DNA of 63,138 nucleotides, filler included, from Octopus bimaculoides (taxonomy: Eukaryota): NCBI RefSeq assembly GCF_001194135.2. It is 5 parts of 4 records of this genome, joined end to end, with 100 filler letters (N's around TTAATTAATTAA, not from the genome) between each part and the next. Parts side by side here need not be neighbours in the genome. Positions count along the whole stretch, not along the records: positions 10,730 to 21,875 come from NC_068983.1; positions 21,976 to 53,275 come from NC_068989.1; 3 more parts are not named here. The stretch is one strand, 5' to 3'. Below, in pieces: positions 14,074 to 25,596 of this stretch; within the stretch, counting starts at the first letter, position 1; every line of letters starts with the position of its first letter. The position numbers were made by a program, and so were the translations under genes. A model generated the notes under the pieces. It saw nothing but the letters and a program-made list of their open reading frames with translations. It was not told the origin of the DNA and did not search any database.

Positions 14074-14229
14074 CGGGGGTGGGCTGAGAGTATTAAGGGC
14101 CCTCAGGCATAGCTGTTTACCGGGCCCCTTAGCATTGATATCAGTAGAGTTAACACGTAGAGTGCGGGCCCTTCAGAGCTCCGGGCCCTCGGGCAGTGCC
14201 CGATTGACCGACGGCTCAGTCCGTCCCTA
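14074..14229. mobile_element. hAT-type MITE (156 bp) with 8-bp TSD, inserted in a SINE head
   Basis: Imperfect TIR cgggggtgggctgag / ctcagtccgtcccta. Flanks cagccatg (14066-14073) and cagccacg (14230-14237). Internal gggccc repeats. Confidence 0.7.
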
Positions 14230-14286
14230 CAGCCACGACTTCTCCTATATAAGTAACAAAAGGGTTAAGGTGGGTTTTCGATGTTA

Positions 14287-14321
<35 letters not shown>

Positions 14322-14324
<3 letters not shown>

Positions 14325-14390
14325 TCACTACTTGGAATCGAACTCGGAATCTTGGGATTAGTAGCCCGCGCTCTTAACCACTACGCCACG
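14322..14390 (-). mobile_element. tRNA-derived SINE head with (AAT)n tail
   Basis: A box tggcgtagtgg and B box gagttcgattcc on the minus strand; no complete cloverleaf acceptor stem. Confidence 0.6.
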
Positions 14391-15519
14391 CTAGTCATGG
14401 TGTCGTCAACAAACCAACATCAGTCGTCGAGCAGCAAGGAGGGACACCCACCCACGCACACGCAGACACACACACGTGTCAGGTTATAACAAAAACATTA
14501 AATTGAAGAATTGTTCAATACTTCTTCGTAGAACACATATTTATTATACTTTTACAAGAAGGCGGAGTGACAGTGACTTCGAAGTAACATTTGTATGTGA
14601 ACTCCCNNNNNNNNNNNNNNNNNNNNNNNNNNNNNNNNNNNNNNNNNNNNNNNNNNNNNNNNNNNNNNNNNNNNNNNNNNNNNNNNNNNNNNNNNNNNNN
14701 NNNNNNNNNNNNNNNNNNNNNNNNNNNNNNNNNNNNNNNNNNNNNNNNNNNNNNNNNNNNNNNNNNNNNNNNNNNNNNNNNNNNNNNNNNNNNNNNNNNN
14801 NNTCTACCACCATAATAAATGCTTCTGCATGTTACCAAGAAATTAGCGAAAAAAAAAATGCATCTTCTAAGTAAACAACTCTAGACGTTTTTTTTATGTT
14901 AAAAAGAAATCTACAAGTCCGTCTACGAGTGCTTGTGAATCGGCGATCGCGTCTGCAAGTAATGATGTACGCGAGTCTAGTGCGAGTGAAAGTGTTTCAG
15001 AAAACAATTATAATAATAATATTTTTTACTATAAATGATCTTGACATTCTTTTTACTTTATATAAAATATTCTTTACATTCTACTGTTGTTTTATCGCCA
15101 TTTATTTACGTGTGTTATAAATTTTATTAATAAAATATTTTTCTGGGAACGAATTACGATTTATAACATTACTACTATGGGGAATTATTGCTCTGCTTTA
15201 CGAGCGATCTCCAGGAACAGATGAACTCGTATATCGAGGCATTTCTGTAAGCACCTGTTAGCATAAATTAGCTTCCGGCATCAAAGCCATGCAGTCTGCT
15301 AAACACCGTAGCATCCACGACACCATTTTTCTCTAAACATTCTCTCCACGTGTGTTTGCTGAAATGTAAACATGGCTTGTCAGATGCAGGCGGATGACGG
15401 AATCAGCCATCGGAAGACAGACCTGACAGATATAAAATCAATCGTTTTGTTTATATCGAAGTTTGTTGATAGAAATAAAATAAAAAGAGTTTCGGATTTT
15501 AAAAATTATAAGTATTTAT

Positions 15520-15920
15520 CTTTATTTCTTTTGCTTGTGTCTGCGGCCATGCTGGGGCACCTCCTTGCAGGGTTTGTCGAACAAATAGACCCTCGTATTT
15601 ATTTGTAACTCCGGTTCTTATTCTATCAAATAGATTTGCCGAACGGCTAAGTTACGACGGTGTAAACAAACGAAAGCCGGTTGTCAAGGGGGCGTGTCTT
15701 CGTTTTGTGTTTGTCTCCCGCTACCGCTTGACAACTGGTGTCGGTTTGTTTACGTTCCCGTAACCTGTCGGGATTCTTTTAATTTCCGTCAACCAAATTC
15801 ACTCACAAGGCATTGGTCGGCCCGGGGGCTATAGTAGAAGACACTTGTCGCCAAGGTGCCACGCAGTGGGCCTGAACACAAGACCACATAGTCGGGAAGC
15901 CAGCTTCTTAACCACGCATA
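15520..15920 (-). mobile_element. SINE family A, near full length, diverged
   Basis: Collinear with 44827-45208. Confidence 0.8.
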
Positions 15921-16089
15921 GGCCTATATATGTCTATGTTTATATACAAAAAGGCGGGATGGCCATGGCAGGAATAACTCATAAGTCTACTCAGCCAGTT
16001 CTCTGACTTCGGGATTAATCAGAAGACCGAACATTGCTCTACTATCACCACCACCACCACCATCAACAACAACAGCAACACTACTACTA

Positions 16090-16116
16090 TTACTACATCT
16101 GTTGCTGCTGCTGCTG

Positions 16117-16148
<32 letters not shown>

Positions 16149-17480
16149 ACCGTCACCCCACCCTCCCCTCTCCAGAAGTCTGCTTATTCAATTATTAGAT
16201 CATGTCAGTCTCTTTGAAATATTCTCCTTCTTTCTCTCTGCCATTATATTTGTTACTTTTGTTATCACCTCCACCTCTCTCTCTAATTCTATGTCTCTCT
16301 TTATCATCCTCCTCCTATCCCCACGATCTTTTTTTCTTTCTTTCCCTTTTTTTCACGCTCACTTACTCTCTAGTATTTCTCTTTCTCTCTCTCTCTCTCT
16401 CTCTTCACAATTTTCTCTCTATTCAATTTCTTCATCTCCTCCCCGCTTCTAACTTCTATTCGCTCCCTTCCTCCCCTTCACCCTCTTTACTTTCTCTTCT
16501 TATTCCTTCATTTCACTCCAAGCAACTCCTCCTCCCCCACCTCCTATATTTTCTCTTCCTTGCGGTTTATCTTCCATTTTCCATCTGCTTTAATCTTTTC
16601 CTCTCACCACAAATTTTCTAATAACACTCCGCCTCCCTCATTGCTTCATCATTCAATCTTTCTTCTCTATATCTCCCCCTCTTTCGCTGTCTCTATCTCA
16701 AACTCTGTCCCATCAGTATCATCTCTCTCTCGCCTCCCCTCTCTCTTTGTCTCTCTTATCTTCACTCTCCGTCTTTCCTCCTCCGCCTTCTCCCTCTTTA
16801 TACACACACATATCGCTCCACCTCCGTCCTACTCTCTATCTTCCCCTTAATCTTTACATCTCTTTCCCCCACCTCTCTATTAATGTCTCTGCACCTTTCT
16901 CTTCATTATCTTTTACTTTATCTTTCTCTCGCTACCTTTTTCTCTCGTCTGTCCATCACTATTCTCTCTCTCTCTCTCTGCATTATTCGCTATCACTTCA
17001 TCCTTTCTCTCTCTCTCTCTTTCTCTCCCATTATCTCTCTATCTATAATAACACTCAACACTTCTCTCTCACTTTCTCTTTTTTTCACTCACTTCTTCCC
17101 GTTCCTTATTCAGCTTTCTCTTTCTTTCTCTTTCTATCCTCTCTTTCACTCTATTCTTCCTCTCGCTTTCTTTCTTTCCCCCTTTCTTGTCCTCCTTGCC
17201 TTTTATCTTCTCTCTCTATCTTCTTTTTCTACCTTTGTCTCTCTATCCTCTCTCTCTCTCTCGCTCGCTGTCTTTCTATCTTCTCTATCACTCAATCTTT
17301 CTTCTCTCCCACCTTTCTCACTTCCTCCGTCTCTCTGTCTTTCTTTCTTTCTCCCTCTATCTTTCTATCATCTCCCTCGCCGCCTTTCTCCCTTCTCTCT
17401 CTCCTTTTCTGTCCATCTTCTCCCTCCCTTACTTTCCTCGTCTTTCTATCTCCCCCGTCACTCAATCCTGTCAAGTTGAG
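16090..17480. repeat. 1.4-kb CT-rich polypyrimidine low-complexity tract preceded by (CTG/CTA)n
   Basis: Direct reading; generates the spurious S/L/F-rich ORFs. Confidence 0.9.
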
Positions 17481-17517
17481 TCTCACCCTCACCTCATCTC
17501 ACCCCTTACACAACCAG

Positions 17518-17680
17518 TAATCAAACCAAATACCTCACCACCACCACCACCAGTTCCAGAACCTCCTAAAAAACAACAAATGAAAAACAAACTTATAAAT
17601 ACAACAAATATGAAAGTTTATCATCCCCGCATTAAACGAACAGCAATTCTGTCTGCTGGAATGTCTATTACCGCCGCCAA
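17518..17680 (+). CDS. Weak candidate exon: IKPNTSPPPPPVPEPPKKQQMKNKLINTTNMKVYHPRIKRTAILSAGMSITAA
   Basis: CAG acceptor at 17517 after a long pyrimidine tract. Open frame with ATGs at 17580 and 17610. AA|GTGAGT donor at 17681. Product not recognised. Confidence 0.25.
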
Positions 17681-18355
17681 GTGAGTCTTCCCCGTTTCCT
17701 ACCAACTCAAAGTCTTTTACTTCCAGTGACAAACCTGACACTAAGGAACAACCATCTCCTCCGTCCCCGCCACCTTCTCTCTATCTTTCTCTCCCTTACT
17801 CTCTCTCTCTCTTAACTCTCTGCTCCTCATCCACCACACCACATCTTTAAAAAAAAAATACCATGTACACTTTACCTGTGTTGAATCGAGTAAGTTATTT
17901 CTCTTTTGTTAAAATTCCTTCTTTTATTATTCTTACTCTTTATTTTTTTATTTTTTCATTACATAATTTCTTTCCTCTGCGTGTGCGTGCGTGCGCGCGT
18001 GTGTGTGTGTGTGTGTACAGATTTGGTAGTGCAAATACGATAAATACAACTCAAAATATGAGTGTTTTTCACTTTTAAATCACTAAAAGTTAACGAAGCG
18101 AACCAAGGGCCGATTAAAAATAAAACTCTGTGTCTGTGTGTGTGTGTGTGCATATACGTATGTGTGTACGTATGCATGCATATGTACACATATATACATA
18201 GATGCATACATACATGTATAACTTATAGGTAATGTGGTTTGCATTTCTTTCTCTATTCTTTTAGCATGTCTCTTTTATTTCATTATTTCGTACTCAGTAA
18301 TTCTACAAACTAAAAATAAGGAACTCAATATCTTCTTCTATGTGTGTGTGGTTTG

Positions 18356-18674
18356 AGAGGTGCGTGGCTTAATCGCTCGGGTATTCGACTCGCGATTCTA
18401 AGGCTGCAAGTTCGATATCCGGCGGCGCGTTGCGTCCCTTCTTGAGCGAGATTCTTTATTTCACGTTGATCCAATCCTCTCAATTGGCAAAAAAATGAGT
18501 TGTACTTGTATTTCAGAAGGGGCCCAGCTTTGTTACATTCTGTGTCACGCTGAATCCCCGTGAGGGGGTTACGTGTGTCGGTGGAGTGCTAAACCACTTG
18601 CGCGCAAATTTCACGAGCTGGCTGTTCCGTTGATCGGATCAACTGGAACACTCATCGTCGTAACCGACGGAGGG
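18356..18674 (+). mobile_element. tRNA-derived SINE (family D) with conserved central domain
   Basis: A/B-box-like head (tgcgtggcttaatcgc..gttcgatatcc) followed by ttgagcgagattctttatttcacg..; related copy on minus at 46130-46352. Confidence 0.75.
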
Positions 18675-21353
18675 TCAGGTTGTGTGTAATTTAAAATGTA
18701 TTTTTTTAAAAATATTTATTACTAACATTCTTTTGGAGGTTGATAAAAAAAAAATGCTGTATAAATCGATACATTTTCTGTGGCTAATTTAAACAGGCTC
18801 TGCCCTCCCACAAACAATATTGGCTCTGTGCCAATATTAGAAATCAATCTTTATTTATTAACACGAGCGGTCGTTGAACGAGAGGTAAGCTGTTAAGGAA
18901 GAGATATGGCAGTCGGGGTTTCGAGTCATGACTGACACAGGTTCATTTTACATAAACACCAGCCTGCTGGAAATAGCAGCCAAATCTTCAAATCATGCTA
19001 CCGTCTTAGAAAAGGAGTAATATATTAGTTAAAATCATGAAGGGTACACTAAATACCCGAATATAAAAAAAAAGATAAAGGGTTTTAAGGGCTGGTTCTG
19101 ACTGGAATGTCTTTCATTATAACAAGACAGGTATGTCACAATGTAGTTTTGCTCCCAGTCAAAAAGAAAAGCTGTAATTACGTGGAGGAGACAACTTTCT
19201 TTTTAAAAGGGAATAATTTGTCAGTTAATTAAATATTATTAATGTAATTTAAAAACAACTTTACCATTTAATTTCAATTGCACGTGTTTAATTTTCTTTT
19301 TATCTTAAAATCATTCTGCTAGTTCTTGTTGCACCCTTTTGCTACCATATTTCTCTTGAAATATATTGTTTTTCTTTTAATTAATTTTAAAATAATGAAG
19401 AATTTAATGAAATAACTTTTTAAGAAGAGGACGTGAAGTAGATAAAGCTGCAAATAACAACAGGAAGAATATTGGGTCAAAACTCCCTTGGATGGAAGCA
19501 ACCTTCGACTTTTTCCCCGCCATCCAGCTATTATTTGTAATTATTTACTTTGTGTACCATCGTTATAAACAACTCATTTCATATCTCTCAAAGATTCTAA
19601 ATTCTTGTGATGTCGACAAATGACTTTGTCGTTAGTAAGCTCGTGTTTGGAACATTAATTAGCAGGAAATTTTGACAGATGCTTTCAATGTAGATCACTT
19701 TAAAACAGCGAATTTGTATCAGAATCAAGGGTGGCCTCAGGCGGTTTTTTTTTCTTCTAGAAGGCAGTTCCCTACCTGTGTAGAATGATATCTGAGAAGG
19801 CAAAGAAATTACCATGTTTTATATTATTAAAGACACTGCATTCGGTGGTGAAACTCCAACATGAAGTTCAGGAGTTTTGCAAAGCACGGAGTTAGTATGG
19901 TCTCGAGTTCAGTCTGACCCAGAGCGGTAGTGTTTGTCAAGGGCCCTAGTTGTAGATCAAACAACAGAAGGGTCGGGGAATACGGATATTTTTTTAAATA
20001 CCTCACACAGTGATGACCGTGCCCTACATAGTTACGGGCTGCCTTTATGCAAGACATAACACCCGTTCAGTCACCTTGCCAGGGATACAGCGATGTCATG
20101 GAACTGTGGCATGGTGGATTGTGAAGAGGCAGCGGAAGAACTTAACAGAGCCAATGGTGTCTCTTACATTGATGCTGAGCGGAGGAGTTCTACAAGATCA
20201 ATGGTCAGGGTCACCAAGCTCTATCAAAGGAGTACCTTCAATACATCCATAGGGGCAGTGTTCATGGTTGTGTAATCAGCTAATGAAAGATTCATTATGG
20301 CTCAAACTCCCAGTTTAATTCATGTTGGAATTGGATGGCGGCAGAGTCACGGGAACCCGTGCAAGCAGCGTGACCGGATTTGTAGAAGGGGTTGTCCTGC
20401 GGCTAAGACATGCAGGAGCGACGGGAGGCCAGGCCCTTACACATATATCACACAGGTGTGTAGACATCCCTAATGTCATGTGAACGAGTCAGTCTGTCTA
20501 GGAGTTAAATAGGCCCCTTGCCTCAAAGATAATTTGGCGGGAGATCTGAATTAACTGTAACTAAACTGGGAAAGGCAAAGAGAAACCATTACTGTATCTT
20601 TCTTAAGAGAAATTACGAATCTTCATTCGGACTTCAGTATGGGGGTCTAAGACAGCTGGCCTCCTGCTGGCCCCTGTAAACATATGTATCTTGGACTACG
20701 TTACCTTTTGTGTACTTTTTAGTGTGAGTTGAGGGATATTTCACTGCTATTTCTAGCAGGTTCCGTAACTATGTTGAAACTCGCTTGTTGACTTGTAAGG
20801 AAACTGGTTTTTGTTGTTGAACACTTCCTAAGAGTAAATAGAGTAAACCTTAAGAATAAATATCTATAGTTTAGGGATTATATAATGGAAAAGGGAATAT
20901 CTATAATTTAAGGATTAGGGATAGAAAAAACTCATAGTGTCGGGATAAGATAATGGAAGGGATAAAGATTAAGGTGTGAGAGCTTTGCTTCAAAGGTTCA
21001 TATTAAATTCGCATTCAAGTTCTTTGTCTTCTTCCTCTACTTCTTCGTTTCCTTCTTCTTTTTCTTTTTCTTTGTCTTTTTCTCCTCCTTTTTTGCTCTT
21101 CTTTCTCTTCTCTCAGGTGACCATCCATCTACACCTGGAAAAATCTTACTTTCGTTTGTATCAACATCAAATGACTAATAAACATACACTCCAGCCTCTA
21201 ACCTACAAGTGTTCTGTCCCCCCTCCCCCTCTCTCTCTCTGTCTTTTCTATTGCTACCATAATGGCCTCTGTTCCTCAGAATTCACTGATTTTGTACCTC
21301 CATTATTCAGACACATCCCCAACCTATTTCCCTCTAGTTAACTCTCTCATATC

Positions 21354-21401
21354 GTCTCTGATAAAGGGATATCCCTAATATCCCCGAAACAGCTGTAAGA
21401 C
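21354..21401 (+). ncRNA. Minimal type I hammerhead ribozyme motif (PLE type), G8>A core variant
   Basis: GTCT-CTGATAA-A-GGGATAT-cccta-ATATCCC-C-GAAA-CAGCTG-TA-AGAC: helix I GTCT/AGAC, 7-bp helix II, palindromic helix III ACAGCTGT. Confidence 0.7.
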
Positions 21402-22977
21402 TACCTTTCTCTTTATAAATGTCCTATAAATTCCACACAGCCTTGCTTTTGTTGTCTCATTTTATTTGATACACACAAAGATAATCCGGATCTCGACTGA
21501 AGAGAGAAAACTCCGAATGACCTGTCCTTGTTTTCTTTGTATCGTCTATCTGGAGGTTTTGTTGTCCCTTTTTTGTATCACCTAACTGTCTGCATGTTTT
21601 GTGTTCTTGTCCCATTTTTGTATTTTATATATATATATGTATATATATATACTCATAAATATACAGGGATTAGCATGAGTTACTTCTCCAACATACTGAA
21701 CATTTAGAAATAGCAGTCAAAGAACTACTGATTCCAAACTACAAATTTTTTTCTCTAACGGATGGCGATATTTATGGCACACTGAACTACTGAACTACTT
21801 GGCAAAATTGTTAATTATTAATTTTATTACTAATTGACGATTCCCTGCCCTATATCTGTATATATATATATATATNNNNNNNNNNNNNNNNNNNNNNNNN
21901 NNNNNNNNNNNNNNNNNNNTTAATTAATTAANNNNNNNNNNNNNNNNNNNNNNNNNNNNNNNNNNNNNNNNNNNNGGGGGGGGGGGGGGAAACACAAACA
22001 CACATACATACAAACAGCAGGCTTCTTTCAGTTTCCATCTACCAAATCCAGTCCCACGTCTTTGATCAGCCTGAGGCTATAGTAGAAGACACTTGCCCAA
22101 GGTACCAGGTAGTGGGACTGAACCTGGAACCATCTGGTTGAGAAGCGGGTTTCTTACCACGCAGCCATGCTCGATATAAGGACAGATTTAATGTAACCTA
22201 TAAAGCACTCTTCTTCTTGAAAGATATAAACATCATCATCATTTAATGTTCACTTTCCCATGCTTGCATGGATCAAATGGAATTCATAGATGCAGATTTT
22301 CTGTAACTAGATGCCTCTCTTGTTATCAACATTCACTTGTTCCCAAGCAAGGTAATATTCCTCCCTGGCCGAACACATTTACACAGAAAATTAGACACCG
22401 CTTAAATCACTTACAGCTATCATATGTTTGTTTACATTAAGTGGTAATATTTATCTCCACTTAAATACGGATGTTCTGTTAGAACAAACTATACTGTGGT
22501 AGATGACATGAGAAAAACTCACATATTGGTTTTGGTGCAAAATGCACTCCTGTTTATATCACTAGTGGGGAGACAAATCCCCACCACCTCAAGCACTGAG
22601 ACCATCTGATCATGTGATTTCAACCTTCCTTGATCTTGTCAATGATGGATACTCTAGTGCTAGAGATAGCAGCAATTCATCTCCCCACCAGCAATATACA
22701 GAACAGGACTAAGGAATACACACACAAACATACATACAAACATGCATACATACATATACGATGGGCTTCTTTTCAGTTTCCATCAACCAAATTCATTCAC
22801 AAGACAAGGCACTTGTCCATGGTGCTGCACAGTAGGACTGAACCTAGAACCAAAAGCTGCAAAGTGCATTTCTTAACCACATACGTATGCCTGTACCATA
22901 AAGTATGTTCTTATCTATATATCTAAAACATCAACATGTTTACAAAAACAAAGATGGCTACTTTATATCATTTTCAG

Positions 22978-23004
22978 ATATAGGATTCCTTCAACCGGCT
23001 TCAG
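22978..23004 (+). CDS. Candidate 27-nt (or 21-nt) frame-preserving microexon
   Basis: tcattttcag|ATATAGGATTCCTTCAACCGGCTTCAG|gtaaat; alternative AG at 22982-22983 gives a 21-nt exon (DSFNRLQ). Confidence 0.3.
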
Positions 23005-23361
23005 GTAAATAAAATTCCATTGTTTCTGGCAACTGGTTCTGAACTAACAGAGTCTATAATGATGCTAATGGTGTTAAGTGTTATAAGTTTCTAGTTGTTA
23101 TTTCCATCCCTGTTACCGCCTCCATATGTATATTTTAGGCGATGTTGTTGTTCTTCCTGATTAATGTATTCATCTCAAACACATGACCATGAAATAAATT
23201 ACAACACAAACAAGAGAAAATGCCTCATTAATGTATCACTTTCACAGAAACAAATATATATTGTGTTTTAAATAAAACTACTTAATGTTAGTTCTGTTAT
23301 TCACACACATGTTTGTAGATACACTTTTATGCACACATATACACACATGAATACATATATA

Positions 23362-23474
23362 CAAGGTGGTATTGAATAGATCCTGGTTTTAAGGGTATTA
23401 CGAAAGGCCTGGTTGGAGGCATAACTACCCATATTTTTATTTATCCACAGCCAGGAACTTTTCAGCACCTCCTC

Positions 23475-23475
<1 letters not shown>
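23362..23475. mobile_element. Short mariner-derived MITE
   Basis: Ends caaggtggtattgaatagatcctgg / ccaggaacttttcagcacctcctcg; same family as 51864-52073. Confidence 0.6.
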
Positions 23476-23533
<58 letters not shown>

Positions 23534-23537
23534 TATA

Positions 23538-24815
23538 TCAGGTCCTTGAGAATGAAATGTCCAATTTTGAACTGAAAGTTTATTTTACTTTATCTCAACA
23601 AAAACCAATGCAGTTAATCAAAGTATGCACCTAAATTATCAACGCAATTTTGCCATTTTATCGGTAACTTATTTATGCTGGCAGTGAAGAATTCTGGGGA
23701 GCAAGAGGTGAGGAAATTATAAAAAGCTGTTTATGCATAATCTTCAGATTTGAAGATTTTCCTAGCAAAAAGGTGTCTAATGCCTGGAAAACAGGATAGC
23801 CAGTTTGTGCAAGATCTGGTGAATATGGTGGATGACACAGAACTTCTAAGTTCAGTTCCTATAACTTGAATAGCATTCTTTGTGCAACATGTGGTTGATC
23901 ATTGTCTTGCAAAAGAACTGGCCTGTTTCTATTGACCAATCTCAGTTGTTTAATTTCAAGTTCACTCATCATTTCATCCAGTTAGTTGATGTATACATCT
24001 GCTGTAATTGACTTACCAGGTCTCATGAAACTATAGTGAATGACACCAAGACTGGACCACCAAACAGACACCTTTAATTCCTTTGGTGAAGATTCTTTTT
24101 GGATTGTGTTTTGACACTTCGTCTCTATCCAACCATTGTGCAGAATGCTTGCTATTGTTAAAAAGAATCCATTTTTCATCACACGTACCAATACGATGTA
24201 AAAAATGGTCGCTTTTATGCTGTGACAGCAAAGAACAAGTTTCAAGATGACATGTCATTTGATGCTCATTCAGTTCATGTGGTACCCACTTGTCCAGCTT
24301 CTTTGCCATACCAAATTGTTTCAGATGGTCCAATAAAGTTGGAATCAAAACATCAAACCTTGCTGCTAACTCACACATAGTTTGAGATGTATCTACTTCC
24401 ACTACAGTTTCCAGCTCATCATTACCCACCTTGGTCTCAGGTCTACCATGGGGCTGATTTTCAAGAGTAAAGTCACCAGACCAGAACTTCTCAAATTATC
24501 AACGTGCAGTGCATTCATTCACCACATCTTCACCAAACACCTCGTTGATGTTTTGAGCTGTTTGGGATGCATGGTTCCACAACAGAACTCATATTCATAA
24601 ACAACACAAATTTTTTATCTATCCATGGGTTCACAAAAATTGATTTACAAGAGAAAACTCACAATATAATCAGACACCATGAAATGCATTTCAAAAAGTG
24701 TGGATGTAACTCTTCAATATTGTAAAACAAAGAATTGTCAGAATAAAACATTAGAGTTAACCACTGTCAAATTTGGTGCATAAGAAAATCAAACATTTCA
24801 TTCTTAATGACCTGA
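23538..24815 (-). mobile_element. Full-length (1278 bp) decayed mariner, Hsmar1/cecropia-like
   Basis: TIRs tcaggtc(c/a)tt(g/a)agaatgaaatgt at both ends, flanked by TA. Transposase motifs KKLDKWVPHEL, TCDEKWILFNN, VWWSSLGVIHYSF, QDN..PH, HPPYSPDLA, with stops and frameshifts. Confidence 0.95.
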
Positions 24816-24849
24816 TATATATATATATATATATATATACAAAATATGT

Positions 24850-25365
24850 GAAGAACTGCCTAACTCTAATGGTGGAGGGAACTTGTGGAAGAGATAGACC
24901 CAGGAAGACTTGGGACAAGGTGGTGAAGCATGATCTACAAACGTTGGGCCTCACAGAGGCAATGACAAGTGACCAAGACCTTTGACAATATGACATGCTT
25001 GAGAAGACCTGTTAAGCCAAGTGAAATTGTAGTTGTGGTCAATGCCAGTGTCGCATAACTGGCACCTAAAAAGCACCATTTGAACATTGGGCCTCACAGA
25101 GGCAGTGACAAGTAACCGAGGCCTTTGGCAGTGTACCATGCTTGAGAAGACCTGTCAAACCAAGTGAAATGCTGGTGTTACATAACTGGCACATATAAAG
25201 CACCCACTACACTCTTGGAGTGGTTGGCATTAAGAAGGGCGTCCAACTGTAGAAACCATACCAAATCAGATTGGAACCTGGTGCAGCTCCCCAGCTTACC
25301 AGTTTTCAGTCAAACTGTCCAACCCATACCAGCATGGAAAATGGACATTAGAAGATGATGATGAT
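24850..25365 (+). mobile_element. RTE-clade LINE 3' end with internal duplication and (GAT)n tail
   Basis: VEGTCGRDRPRKTWDKVVKHDLQTLGLTEAMTSD is typical of the RTE C-terminus. Segment gggcctcacagaggca.tgacaagt..cttgagaagacctg is duplicated. Confidence 0.8.
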
Positions 25366-25371
25366 ACTAGA

Positions 25372-25596
25372 CATCATAAAGAAGAATGGAGAATTATACA
25401 TCCCTCACAGATAAAACCTTGAAGAAAACTGCATAGGAATGTCAACCCTGAATGAATATGTACTAAAACTTAACCAACAATATGCACATAAGGACACATA
25501 TGAAACAGAAACATGTCACGGATTGGAATCTAATGAGAATAATACTATAATAAACAAGTCTTGAAGATGTATAATTCTCCATTCTTCTTTATGATG
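25372..25596. repeat. Perfect 31-bp inverted repeat enclosing a hammerhead-like relic
   Basis: catcataaagaagaatggagaattatacatc (25372-25402) is the exact reverse complement of 25566-25596. Confidence 0.85.

Noticed and set aside
14322-14390. tRNA-like sequences here and at the SINE heads
   Set aside because: A/B boxes present but no complete cloverleaf, and they continue into SINE bodies or tails; not tRNA genes.
16102-17520. S/L/F-rich ORFs up to 257 aa
   Set aside because: Stop-poor CT low-complexity DNA.
19830-20690. GC-richer segment with short ORFs on both strands
   Set aside because: Contains an RTE-5'UTR-like motif (ggcaaagagaaaccattactgtatc). No protein motif was recognised; probably a retroposon relic but unclassifiable by eye.
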